64,000 bases of DNA from a virus. Taxonomy: Duplodnaviria > Caudoviricetes. The notes beneath the pieces are model-generated. The model worked only from the letters and a program-made list of their open reading frames with translations. It did no database searches and was not told where the DNA came from. Within the stretch, counting starts at the first letter, position 1; every line of letters starts with the position of its first letter. The translations under genes were made by a program, and so were the position numbers. Positions 28,581 through 37,700 of the stretch are shown here, in pieces. Location of the stretch: positions 1,499 to 65,498 of IMG/VR virus record IMGVR_UViG_3300036861_001161; one strand, 5' to 3'.

Positions 28581-29012
28581 ATGTTTTGGAAAACGCTTCT
28601 TGGACTCACCCTTCTGCTGAGGCTTCCCTCCATACTCTCAGCGGCCCCGGATGCCGAGACCATGCGCCTGGAAGCACTCGCCCTCTGTCAGGCGATGCCG
28701 TACCGCTGCGCACCACCACCGACCATTGCCGCCCTGGAAAGGACCCATCCTGAAGTCAATGTGCTCTGTGCCGAATTACTTGCGCCCTTGCAAGCCATTC
28801 GTAATGCCTTTACTTATCATCGCCGCACGACAGCACAGGAAGACCAGCAATGGAATGCCTGGAGAACCTCATGTGCGCCTACCGAGTGGCAGACCCGCTT
28901 GACGTCGAGAGTTCGTCCTCTGCCTCTCCCTGTCTTTTCTAGTACCGTAGAATGCCGCACCACGTCGAGTGCGAGTGGGGATTATATTGCGACAACTTGT
29001 CACGCCTATTAG
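28581..29012 (+). CDS. Secreted protein (candidate superinfection-exclusion moron)
   Basis: Signal peptide MFWKTLLGLTLLLRLPSILSA. Opposite strand between the chaperone and tape measure genes. Confidence 0.6.
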   Translation: MFWKTLLGLTLLLRLPSILSAAPDAETMRLEALALCQAMPYRCAPPPTIAALERTHPEVNVLCAELLAPLQAIRNAFTYHRRTTAQEDQQWNAWRTSCAPTEWQTRLTSRVRPLPLPVFSSTVECRTTSSASGDYIATTCHAY

Positions 29013-29039
29013 TAACTCTTTCACTCCGGAGCCTGATAC

Positions 29040-29175
29040 ATGCCACCGCTGCGCCGGCATCCCCGACGAATCTGACGACACTGTGGCGCACGTTTCACAG
29101 CGTCTGTATTCATTGTGGTCTCTCGGCAAGCCATGAGATAGAATGCTTGCTGCACGCACAATGAACGGAGTGGAA
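29040..29175 (+). pseudogene. Degenerate copy of the RHH gene 28301-28579
   Basis: LTTLWRTFHSVCIHCGLSASHEIECLLHAQ*TEW aligns with LSTPLWRLFRKGCLDHETSASKEIERFISTQLLAW. Boundaries are approximate. Confidence 0.5.
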
Positions 29176-29207
29176 TAGCACATCATCTTTCCGGAAAGAA
29201 GGATGTC

Positions 29208-29393
29208 ATGGCATGGAAATATCTCCTCCTCCTCGCCCTCCTCCTCGCGCAGTCTGCCTGCTCACGTGAATTCGCCGTAGCCGCACTGCAGGGCTTTGAA
29301 CGTGGCGCCACCGCTCCGCAAACCGTATGTATGACGCGCTATCAGTCGCATAAAGGCAATGGAGCCTACTACGCGAGTTGCAATACCTACTGA
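29208..29393 (+). CDS. Small lipoprotein (candidate exclusion/immunity protein)
   Basis: MAWKYLLLLALLLAQSA-C lipobox and AAGGA RBS. Confidence 0.65.
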   Translation: MAWKYLLLLALLLAQSACSREFAVAALQGFERGATAPQTVCMTRYQSHKGNGAYYASCNTY

Positions 29394-29478
29394 TGCAAAG
29401 GACAACGGTGCATGGACAGCCTGCATCACAACAAATACCAGTCACTCGGAGTGAATACGTCTATACATGCTGAACCGT

Positions 29479-30218
29479 CTAGTTGTCCATCCGTTGCCCG
29501 TTATACAGCGCGTTGAGCATCTGAACCCGCTCTAGTAAATCTCCCTGCGTGGGCTGTACTGCTGGTCCTGGAGCAGGCTCCTGCTGCTGAAACCCATGTC
29601 CCAGCCAGCTCGTGACTTCTTCCAGCGTAAACGGCGTCGGTCGCGTATCACTATCCCTGTGCACATTCGCCAAGAGCATCGCACTAAGCGCAGCCCGCCG
29701 ATCTTCCCGCGCCTGCACCTGGCGATAGCGCACCGACAGCAAGTCCACCTCATGCAACGTGAGTCCCCAAAACTCAAGGTCACTCAGCCCTAGCTCAACA
29801 CGGCCATAGGCCCAGAGGGAGTCCCAGGCAATCCAGCCGGAAAAGGGTCCGCTGGGGCCTCACCGTTGGACATGGACTCTGGGACAGCCGGCGCCGTCGC
29901 GGCGTTCCAGGCTTGGAGAATGACATCGATGATCGTTGGCAGCTGCCCTAGATCCATGATGTCTTGCGTTTGTTCGAGTGTGAGTCTGGGATCTTCATGC
30001 AAAAGTCCTTGCCATAAAATGACGGACAAATCGTTGAACCCCAATGTTTCGCTATTTCCTAACGTCTGAAACAGACTGACTTTCCGTCCCCAGAGCTTCG
30101 AGAGTTCAATCTCTGCCCGAAAGATAGCCCGATTCCTGAGGCGCACATGGCGCCGCTTATCAAGATCGATCGGAAAGGAGGGGACGACTGAATCATAAGA
30201 TTCATACTCAAAAGGCAT
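29479..30218 (-). CDS. Tail assembly chaperone G (29790-30218) and G-T made by a -1 frameshift (ends 29479)
   Basis: Slippery C CCT TTT at 29847-29841. The -1 frame is open as SGWIAWDSLWAYGRVELGLSDLEFWGLTLHEVDLL... into the 29479 ORF. Confidence 0.85.
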
Positions 30219-30350
30219 AGTTTCCTTTCCTATGGATCGAGGCGCATAGGGCGGCGCCGGGCCAGATCAATCGTTATCAGTGGTACAATCGATGGCATAA
30301 TGTGTATAGATCTCCCTAGTATACAAGGATAGATAATGCCTGAGCGTCTG

Positions 30351-30755
30351 TTAGTTCATCGTGATCGGTCCATCAACTGTAAGATCCACATTAAGTTGAA
30401 GTTGGCCATTGACCGGGGCGCCAGGGACGCGGTAATTGGTGACAAACGCATTGAAAGTCCAAATGGGGCTACCTGCCGGGGGATAGAGGACCCGGAAGGC
30501 CGTGGAGGCACGCGCGAGCATGGCGGTTTTCAGGGCGATATGTTGGGCATTCGTAGGTACAAAATTGAACGTAGCTCTAATAGTTCCACCGTCGAGCAAA
30601 GTTGGTATTTTGCTCGACCATCCATTGCCATCATGCGCACTAGTATCAACAGTACCAAACTGCCCGCCTAGCTCAGTCAGGTTTACAAGTTCAGGAATAG
30701 TCGTAGTGCCCTGTTGCAATTGGATGCCGTATGCGGCGAGAGCCTGAGTAGGCAT
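30351..30755 (-). CDS. Major tail tube protein (paralogue 2, minimal)
   Basis: MPTQALAAYGIQL...DTSAHDGNGWSSKIPTLLDGGTI...NFVP...WTFNAFVT. Immediately upstream of the chaperone. Confidence 0.85.
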   Translation of the reverse strand: MPTQALAAYGIQLQQGTTTIPELVNLTELGGQFGTVDTSAHDGNGWSSKIPTLLDGGTIRATFNFVPTNAQHIALKTAMLARASTAFRVLYPPAGSPIWTFNAFVTNYRVPGAPVNGQLQLNVDLTVDGPITMN

Positions 30756-30986
30756 TGAGAGCCTCCTTATTCCCATCTATGGAAATAGGTTGAGGCTCTG
30801 TGCGCTACCGGAAGGCGTGCGAGGATACCTACGGATGACGGATGTGATCTATTTTTACTTCTTTTTCCTCTCTAAATCGGCTATAATCCTAGGCCTGGTG
30901 GCGACTGATCATCGCCCGTCATAAGCCCTCGGTGCTAACCCACTGAGGGGCCAGGTACCCGTCATTCCCTCGGTTAGGAGGAGCCT

Positions 30987-31778
30987 GTGAATATCCCACA
31001 AGAAAAAAGATGTCTCAAATGTCTCGAAACAAAATCCCTTGATGAATTTGGGAAAGATAAGTACCAGTCCGATAGACACGCAACGCGATGCCTTCTTTGT
31101 AAACGGCAGAAAAGTGCTGACTATAGGAAAAAGAATCCAGAGAAGGCAAGGGCAGCGAGCGCGGCATGGAAGACAGAAAATCCTGCAAAGGTTCTTGCGT
31201 ATGCTGATGCCCATAGAGAGCGTAAAAATACGCGACGCAGAGAAAGGTATCGTGAGAATCCTGAAAGAGAGCTGGCTGTAAACGCGACGTACTATTACAG
31301 TCATAAGGATGAATTGCGCCCAGTACGTGCGGCATGGGAAGCCTCGAACAAACCTCAGCGCAAAGCGAAAAGACTTGAAACCTTCCTGAAAGATCCAGAA
31401 GGCAACCTTGAGAAACGACACAAACGTGATGCGGACTGGCTTGTAAAACATCCGGGATATTCGACAGAAAAATGGGCACGGCGGCGGGCACGAATAGCCA
31501 ATTCGCCCGCCAATGACTTTACGGCGGCTCAATTCGAGGAAATCAAAGCCGCTCAAAAGCATCGCTGTTATCATTGTGGTAAACGTCGCAAGTTGACTCG
31601 TGATCACGTCGTTCCTGTTATCCAAAATGGTGCACATACCGTACAAAATATTGTAGCGCTCTGCCTCGAATGTAATAGCCGTAAGAAAGATGGGGATGTT
31701 CTTGGTCCAACACAGTTAAACCTTCTCACTGAAGCACCTCCCAAACCCTACAAACCTCGCACCAAGAAAGTTGCCTAA
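30987..31778 (+). CDS. Free-standing HNH endonuclease
   Basis: N-terminal CxxC...CxxC, and RCYHCG....LTRDHVVPV..NGAHTVQNIVALC..CNSRK. TATAAT promoter at 30882-30887. Confidence 0.9.
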   Translation: MNIPQEKRCLKCLETKSLDEFGKDKYQSDRHATRCLLCKRQKSADYRKKNPEKARAASAAWKTENPAKVLAYADAHRERKNTRRRERYRENPERELAVNATYYYSHKDELRPVRAAWEASNKPQRKAKRLETFLKDPEGNLEKRHKRDADWLVKHPGYSTEKWARRRARIANSPANDFTAAQFEEIKAAQKHRCYHCGKRRKLTRDHVVPVIQNGAHTVQNIVALCLECNSRKKDGDVLGPTQLNLLTEAPPKPYKPRTKKVA

Positions 31779-31780
31779 TC

Positions 31781-32050
31781 ATGACTCATCATTCCTTTTT
31801 TCATCTCGTCCCATCCAACGACCTCCCTGAGGAGCACGACTCCCACCTGGCCTGGTGCGCGTCCCTCTCTGAAGCCGAGCATCACGCTGCCATGGAGCAG
31901 GGGATGGCCCTGGGGGAGCAGCTCTTTGAGGCGATTGATGCCTATTGTGCAGCCCATCAGGAGACCTCTTACGGCGTCATCCTCGAAGCCCTGCGCTACA
32001 TGCAATGGTACCTCGAACGCGAACTAGCGGAGGAGAGCGCCGATGCCTGA
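31781..32050 (+). CDS. Small acidic hypothetical protein
   Basis: ORF directly behind the HNH gene. Confidence 0.5.
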   Translation: MTHHSFFHLVPSNDLPEEHDSHLAWCASLSEAEHHAAMEQGMALGEQLFEAIDAYCAAHQETSYGVILEALRYMQWYLERELAEESADA

Positions 32051-32065
32051 CCTCCATCCCCGCCG

Positions 32066-32275
32066 TTAGGCGCGGCTACTGGGCGGCTGGGAGAGCGAGG
32101 CGCGGATACTCTGGCAGATCGTCACGCCACCCATCACGGCCCCGATGGCCCACGCACTCTCCGGAATCTCGCCGACGCTTGTTTTGGCGGTGAGTAGGGC
32201 ACCACCCATCGCGACCCCGCCTGCCGCGAGGGCATCGACTACGAGCCGTATGATCCGTCGTGTGTCGTCGGTCAT
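32066..32275 (-). CDS. Small two-TM membrane protein (holin-like)
   Basis: MTDDTRRIIRLVVDALAAGGVAMGGALL...AWAIGAVMGGV. ATGA overlap with the upstream gene. Confidence 0.55.
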   Translation of the reverse strand: MTDDTRRIIRLVVDALAAGGVAMGGALLTAKTSVGEIPESAWAIGAVMGGVTICQSIRASLSQPPSSRA

Positions 32276-32709
32276 TCTGTCACGCCCTTGCATGGCACCG
32301 GCCGCACCGTATCGGTCCCTGTGAGCGGTGTCCCATCCGTCGTGACCGCCGTAAGCGTCACTTCGGTACTCTCGCAGGTGACGCCGATGGCTGGCGTAGG
32401 GAAGTGGCAGATCAGATCGATGCACGTATCCCCATTGACGTCTTCCAGGTCGCAGTGCTCCCCAGTGGCTCCCCCAAGCTTCACGCTGGTGACATCTACG
32501 GTCAGCGGATCAAATGTCGCACTACAAAGCAGCGCCGCCGGAACTTTGCCATGGGCCTGCACGTTGAGGGGATTCACGTCACTGTCGGGCTTGACGTCAA
32601 TCTCGATGACCAGCGGGACTTCTTGCGCATTGAGAAAGGCGATGATCCCAAGCAGCAGCGCTATCCAGCCGATTATGAGATACCAGAAAAATCCTGAAGA
32701 CCTTGCCAC
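32272..32709 (-). CDS. Secreted protein with IDxKP...DVNGD (EF-hand/dockerin-like) domain
   Basis: GTG start, signal peptide, then IEIDVKP.S..NP.N....GKVPAALL....FD...VD..SV.LG...EDVNGD..IDL.CHF. Confidence 0.65.
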   Translation of the reverse strand: MARSSGFFWYLIIGWIALLLGIIAFLNAQEVPLVIEIDVKPDSDVNPLNVQAHGKVPAALLCSATFDPLTVDVTSVKLGGATGEHCDLEDVNGDTCIDLICHFPTPAIGVTCESTEVTLTAVTTDGTPLTGTDTVRPVPCKGVTE

Positions 32710-32722
32710 AGGCTTCCTTTCC

Positions 32723-32875
32723 TTAGCGTCCCAAGGGTAGCGACCGTAGTAATTCACAGAGCGCTAGGAGCACGACGGGCACCCAGAGTGGACAATAACT
32801 CAGAGATGAAGCGATGGCACAAATGAAGGCGGCCATGGCCAAGAGCATCGTGACAGTGATCGTGACGGTGAGCAT
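32723..32875 (-). CDS. 50-aa membrane peptide
   Basis: MLTVTITVTMLLAMAAFICAIASSLSYCPLWVPVVLLALCELLRSLPLGR with a GGAG RBS. Below the ORF-track size cutoff. Confidence 0.5.
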   Translation of the reverse strand: MLTVTITVTMLLAMAAFICAIASSLSYCPLWVPVVLLALCELLRSLPLGR

Positions 32876-32883
32876 CAGGTCTC

Positions 32884-33564
32884 CTATGCTGCTGCTGACA
32901 AGATCGGCGCATCCACCATCTCAATCATCGTGGCCGCTGTCAGAATCCCGGCCACTGGTCCGGCGACATGATGCCCGGTCACCCATCCGGAGAACCACCA
33001 CGCGCTCTTGAGCGTATCGGGAAACACGAGCAAGTACGAGCGCCGCGTTTTGGTGAGCAAGAGATACTCTAACCCTGTAGTCGGATTATGGGTCGCATGC
33101 CCAGGAACCAGGTTCAAGGAGAGCCGCACCGTATTCCCACTGAGCAGCGTCGGGACTCGACTGGTCCAGTTATTGCCGTCATGGGCACTCGTCTCGACAA
33201 GCGTGGCTTGTATACCGGCATCCTCTATATTGGTTACTTCGGCAATCGTCGCATACGTATCGTTGCGCACGACCGTACCGGGGGATGTATAGGCTCCGTT
33301 ACCTGCGGAGCCCCGAAGAAGGAGATGGGTCGCATCGACACGGGCGGCGATCCAGTAGGGATTCGCGAGGGTGTTATTTGCCGCGGTATTGCCGCCGACC
33401 CCCGCCACCGTAATCACGTCGACATCGGTGATCCCATGGGCCGTGGCTGTTTGAATGACAATCGGGGTGACATTCGTGGCGCCAGTGATGGCCACGGAGG
33501 CCAAGGCTACCCCATCTCCTAATCTCAGCTGGATGCCATAGGCCGCTATAGCCTGAGTCGTCAT
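32884..33564 (-). CDS. Major tail tube protein (paralogue 1, with inserted FCCH-like beta domain)
   Basis: MTTQAIAAYGIQL...[ITGATNVTPIVIQTATAHG insert]...IAEVTNI...ETSAHDGNNWTSRVPTLL...WWFSGWVT. Confidence 0.8.
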   Translation of the reverse strand: MTTQAIAAYGIQLRLGDGVALASVAITGATNVTPIVIQTATAHGITDVDVITVAGVGGNTAANNTLANPYWIAARVDATHLLLRGSAGNGAYTSPGTVVRNDTYATIAEVTNIEDAGIQATLVETSAHDGNNWTSRVPTLLSGNTVRLSLNLVPGHATHNPTTGLEYLLLTKTRRSYLLVFPDTLKSAWWFSGWVTGHHVAGPVAGILTAATMIEMVDAPILSAAA

Positions 33565-33732
33565 CGCCGGCGCTCCTCTTGCAGGATGGCCGCCAGCTTA
33601 CGCAGCGCGCGGACATCACGCTTGGCGCAGCACCACCAATGCAGGCGGGTGATATGATAGCGCATGAGACGCCATAGATGTCTGAGAGTCATCGGCATGT
33701 CCCTTCTACCGCGATCGCTTGCGTAGCCATGA

Positions 33733-33951
33733 CTATACCTCTTCTTCAGGCATAGGAGCTTTCGGGGGCACCGGGGCGGGCTGCATAGCCTCAGGAGGAG
33801 ATGCACCCTTGATCAGTGCCACGCCCTCATGAAGGAATCCCATATGGACCTCGAGTTGCGTGAGACTCCACGCATCATAGCCACAGAGGAGACAGACATA
33901 CTGCGGCACGTCGCTCCAGGGTCGTTCAATATAGGTAGGATCGCCAGGCAT
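33733..33951 (-). CDS. Small C2H2 zinc-finger-like protein
   Basis: YVCLLCGYDAWSLTQLEVHMGFLH. Confidence 0.55.
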   Translation of the reverse strand: MPGDPTYIERPWSDVPQYVCLLCGYDAWSLTQLEVHMGFLHEGVALIKGASPPEAMQPAPVPPKAPMPEEEV

Positions 33952-33966
33952 GCATTCCGCTCCAAC

Positions 33967-34026
33967 AAAAAAAAGAGCCAGAGTATGATGAGGACCAGGG
34001 GGAATCCTCGTCACGCTCCGGCTCTT
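33967..34026 (-). terminator. Intrinsic terminator
   Basis: Long hairpin AAGAGCCGGAG...CTCTGGCTCTT followed by T8 on the minus strand. Confidence 0.75.
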
Positions 34027-34122
34027 CACGCTACAGCAGGCACAGCGCGGCAAGATACCAGTAGTTCACTTTCAGCGCAGACATACGAGCGCCATGACTA
34101 TAGCAGAAGTCACAGCAATATT

Positions 34123-34353
34123 CTACCAGGATGTGTGGCGTTGGTAGTAGCGCTCAAGCGTCATGGGGACAGCCAGGTCGATCTCAGTGAGTTCTTGCGA
34201 AGAGCACCCTAGCCGTAGGAGGCAGGCCCGAAGCACATTGTCACTTTCGACATACTCCTGGGACCAACAGGCAAACTCACTGGCCGCCGCACGGCATTCT
34301 CCCGCAAGATGCTTGATAGCATCCTGACGTGACACAATATCACTTGCACGCAT
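34123..34353 (-). CDS. Hypothetical protein (moron)
   Basis: GGAGG RBS, upstream TATAGT -10 near 34420-34425, and a downstream terminator. Confidence 0.5.
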   Translation of the reverse strand: MRASDIVSRQDAIKHLAGECRAAASEFACWSQEYVESDNVLRACLLRLGCSSQELTEIDLAVPMTLERYYQRHTSW

Positions 34354-34440
34354 CGCTGCCTCCGTATCGCCTACGCCCGTGCGCGCTCAATCCCAATGCC
34401 AATCTGATAAGCATATTTTACTATACGCCACTAAGGCACG

Positions 34441-34767
34441 CTAGACGAGTTGCCCAACAATCTTGATATGGAAATACCCATCATTGGGAAACGAAATCAC
34501 CGTGCCATCCGTCCACGTCACCTGCCACTCGGCCTCGTAGACGCCGGCGGCGCGCATTTGCGGCGTGGGCCAGGTATACCGGACCTGGCCCGCCGGTTCA
34601 CTCAGAATTTCGACGGGCGTTAAGGCTTCGGTCGTACCGTCCCTGCCACGTAAATGGAGCACAATCGTCGTGGCCCCGAGATTGACCGGCTCCAGATTTT
34701 CATCAAGCAGCGTATCATCAAGCGTCGGCTCCGTATCGCCGACTTTCATGATAAATTCCTGGGGCAT
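34441..34767 (-). CDS. BppU N-terminal-like (baseplate/fibre adaptor) protein
   Basis: MKVGDT.P.L...L.D....PVNL...G.VRY.W......AG.Y.AEWQVTW.DG...SFPN.GY..I.I. Confidence 0.75.
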   Translation of the reverse strand: MPQEFIMKVGDTEPTLDDTLLDENLEPVNLGATTIVLHLRGRDGTTEALTPVEILSEPAGQVRYTWPTPQMRAAGVYEAEWQVTWTDGTVISFPNDGYFHIKIVGQLV

Positions 34768-34769
34768 CG

Positions 34770-37700
34770 CTATCCTCCCACCGATGTGACCTGACGTTTT
34801 TGGGCGATGCCTGGCTGGCTACGAGCCGTACGCAAGCGGCCATGCAGATGCCGCCGAGGGATACCAATAAGACTGGCCGTCGCGCTCCAGGACCCGGTGC
34901 TGCCGAGGAGACTACTTGCGAGCAGCGTCACGGTACTGCCGCTCTGCCCCTGACTGGGACGCACTTCACTGATGAGTGCGACCGCCAGGGCCTGCTCTTG
35001 CAGCAAGCGCGCCAAGATTTCATGGGCAACCACCTGCGGAAGACTCCGGAGGGTGCCGCCGCGTTGGGCGAGAGCACTGACGACTTCTGCCGTCACGGCC
35101 TGAATCACGGCGGGATGGGACAACACCGAGTTTGCCAGACGCTGCGCACTGGCCTCCATATGGCCGGTGGCTTGCAAGCCCGGCAGCGTAAAATTCTGCC
35201 CCTGTATTTGGACGAGGCGGGCGAGGATTTGCGAAATGCGTAGCGTCGAGCTCGTGCCTTGCGCCTGGCCGGTGGCAGCATGGATCTGGCTCAGGAGACT
35301 ACTCGCCAGTGCTTGAATCAACGCAGGACGCGTGAGTATTTGATTCACGCTCCGTGACGCCAGACCCTGTATGCTGGCCGGCCGGGCAAGAAGACTGCTA
35401 CTGACATGGCTCGAAGCGCCATGCAGCATGGCCCCTGATGCCCGCAGGCTACTGGCGAGTTCCAGGGTAAACGCATGGATGACCTCAGGACGGGCGAGGA
35501 CGGAACTCGCCACGCGGGTCATCTGCCCGGCCAGATGCGCACTTCCCACTGCCCCGCCGGCCTGGCTCGGGACGCTACGTATCTGGCCGCTGCCTACCCG
35601 TAGGGAACTCGTCAATGCTCCGGCCACAGCATGAACCACAGGTGTGCGGGCCAGGACTTCACTCGCGAGGCGCGTCATCTGCGCATGGAAGATCCCGCTT
35701 CCCGTGCGCACGCTACTGGCAACGCGAGTGCTCGTCCCCTGGAGGAGGCCCAATCCGGTGCGAAGCGAACTGGCGACTCGGCTTGCCAGTGCCTGAACCT
35801 GCACAGCCCGGAAGGCTACGGCATGACCAATCCGCGCACTGCTGGCCTGCTCATGAGCTGCCGCAGCCCGGAGGCTACTAGCGATGCGTACCGCAACCCC
35901 GGAGGCATGGACCGTTACGGAGACGACACCAGGCGTGAGACCAACTCCTACTCCATGAAGCATCCCACTGGCGGTACGCAGGGAGGAGGCCACGCGGATG
36001 GCATTGACCTGGATCATGCCTGTTGCCGCACGAATTTCACTGGCCATCCGCGTGGCCTGGGCATGTGCCGTCCCACTGCCAGCCCGGAGACTGCTCGCCA
36101 GCCGCGCCGTTTGTGCCGTGATCGTCGCCACGCGTCCGGTGATGGCACTACCGATATGGGCCGTCGTATCATACACAACCCCACTGCCAGCCCGGAGACT
36201 GCTGGCAATTCGGCTCGTGCTCGCCGTGACCTGCCCGGCAACCGCCAGCGTGCCGGCTGGTAACGGGGTTCCTGTGGCATGGACCATGGCCGTACCGGCG
36301 CGGAGCGAACTTGCGAGCCGCGTCGCGCTACTCTGTTCTTGTCCCGTACTGAGGCGGCTGGCACTCGCAACCCGCGTCATGGTATCGTGGATGGTGGCAC
36401 TCCCAGCACGGAGACTGCTCGCGAGCCGAACGCTACTCGCCTGCTCCTGGGCACTGCTCGCCCGAATCGCACTGCCCACACCGACGCTGCTGGCTTGGAG
36501 ATGCGCAGCACCTGCCCTCAACGACGAGGCGATCTTTCCAGCACTGGCGCCCATGAACCCTGTTTTTGCCAGAATAGCACTCGCAATCGGCCCGGCCTGG
36601 CCCTGCTGATGCCCACTCCCCGTGCGAAGATTCGTGGTGACACGAGGAGCGGCTGGCCCCGCCATGCTGCCACTCACCTCGACCGCAGCCGCGCCAGGAG
36701 ATGTAATGGCGATGCGATAGACGGGGAGAGCGGCACTCAACAGGACCGTCCCACTTTGCAGTTGGTCAAAGCGTACCGTGACATCCTTGTTGCCCGTGTC
36801 AATCGTCACGCTGGCCGGCTCGATCAGGGCTATGGCAGGACTGCCGGCATCCCAAATCTGCCACACGAGATCTGGGGTAAGGAGATTATGGAGTGTGCCA
36901 GCAATCGTAAACTGTGTTTCACCCGTAAAGGGATGCACATACACGGGCGTCCCGACACTCACGAGGATGGTCCCGCTCTGCGACTGATCAAAGGTGACAT
37001 CGACATTCTTACTGGCAGTCGTGACGGTAACACTTGCGGCCGCTAGCAAGGCGGCAGGCGTCGCCGCATCGCGCAGCTGGACAAACAGATTCGCCGTGCC
37101 CAGATTGTGGGTCGTGCCATTGACGGTGAATGATGGGGCCGCAAACCCCTGCGTATAGGGTGCAGGGGCTTGGCGCAGAAGGATGATGCCAGCGGGCGGG
37201 AAATAAAAGGCAATCGCGACATCAAAGCTCGTCGGATGAATCGTGATGGTCCCAGGTTCGACCGTGAGCGCGGTGCCTACCGTATCATAGGCCTGGACCA
37301 GAATATTCCCCGTCCCAAATTGATGCGTGGTGCCGGGCACGAGCACAGTCGTCGCAAGAGTCGTCGGTTGAATGGCCACCAGGCGCGCATGCGCACTGAG
37401 TCCAGCCGTCGAGGACCGCACCGCACTGGCTACCCGCTGCGAGGTGGCCTGGACCCTGCCGGTGCCTGTTTGTTGTGCCGCGCTTGTCGCCACTGGCAGG
37501 GTGATCGACACGGGCGTGGCCGCACTCAACACCACGACCCCGGCTTGCAGTTGCGTGAACGTGATCTTGACCTGAAAAGTAGTTGGATGAATCGTCACCG
37601 AGCCCGGCGTAAGCGCAGCACGTACCGGCGTCACGTCATCATAGACGTGCACGCGCAAGGCGGCCGTCGCCAGCCCATGGGTACTTCCGTCAAGGACGAC

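Noticed and set aside
30987-31778. IscB/TnpB-type RNA-guided nuclease
   Set aside because: There are no RuvC motifs or PLMP/RRXRR N-terminus. The protein is a plain Zn-ribbon plus HNH, and the leader is only ~100 nt.
18384-33564. Contractile injection system or myovirus tail
   Set aside because: No sheath or baseplate wedge genes are present. The gene set (tube, G/GT, TMP, Dit, L, NlpC, J) is siphovirus-type and linked to head genes.
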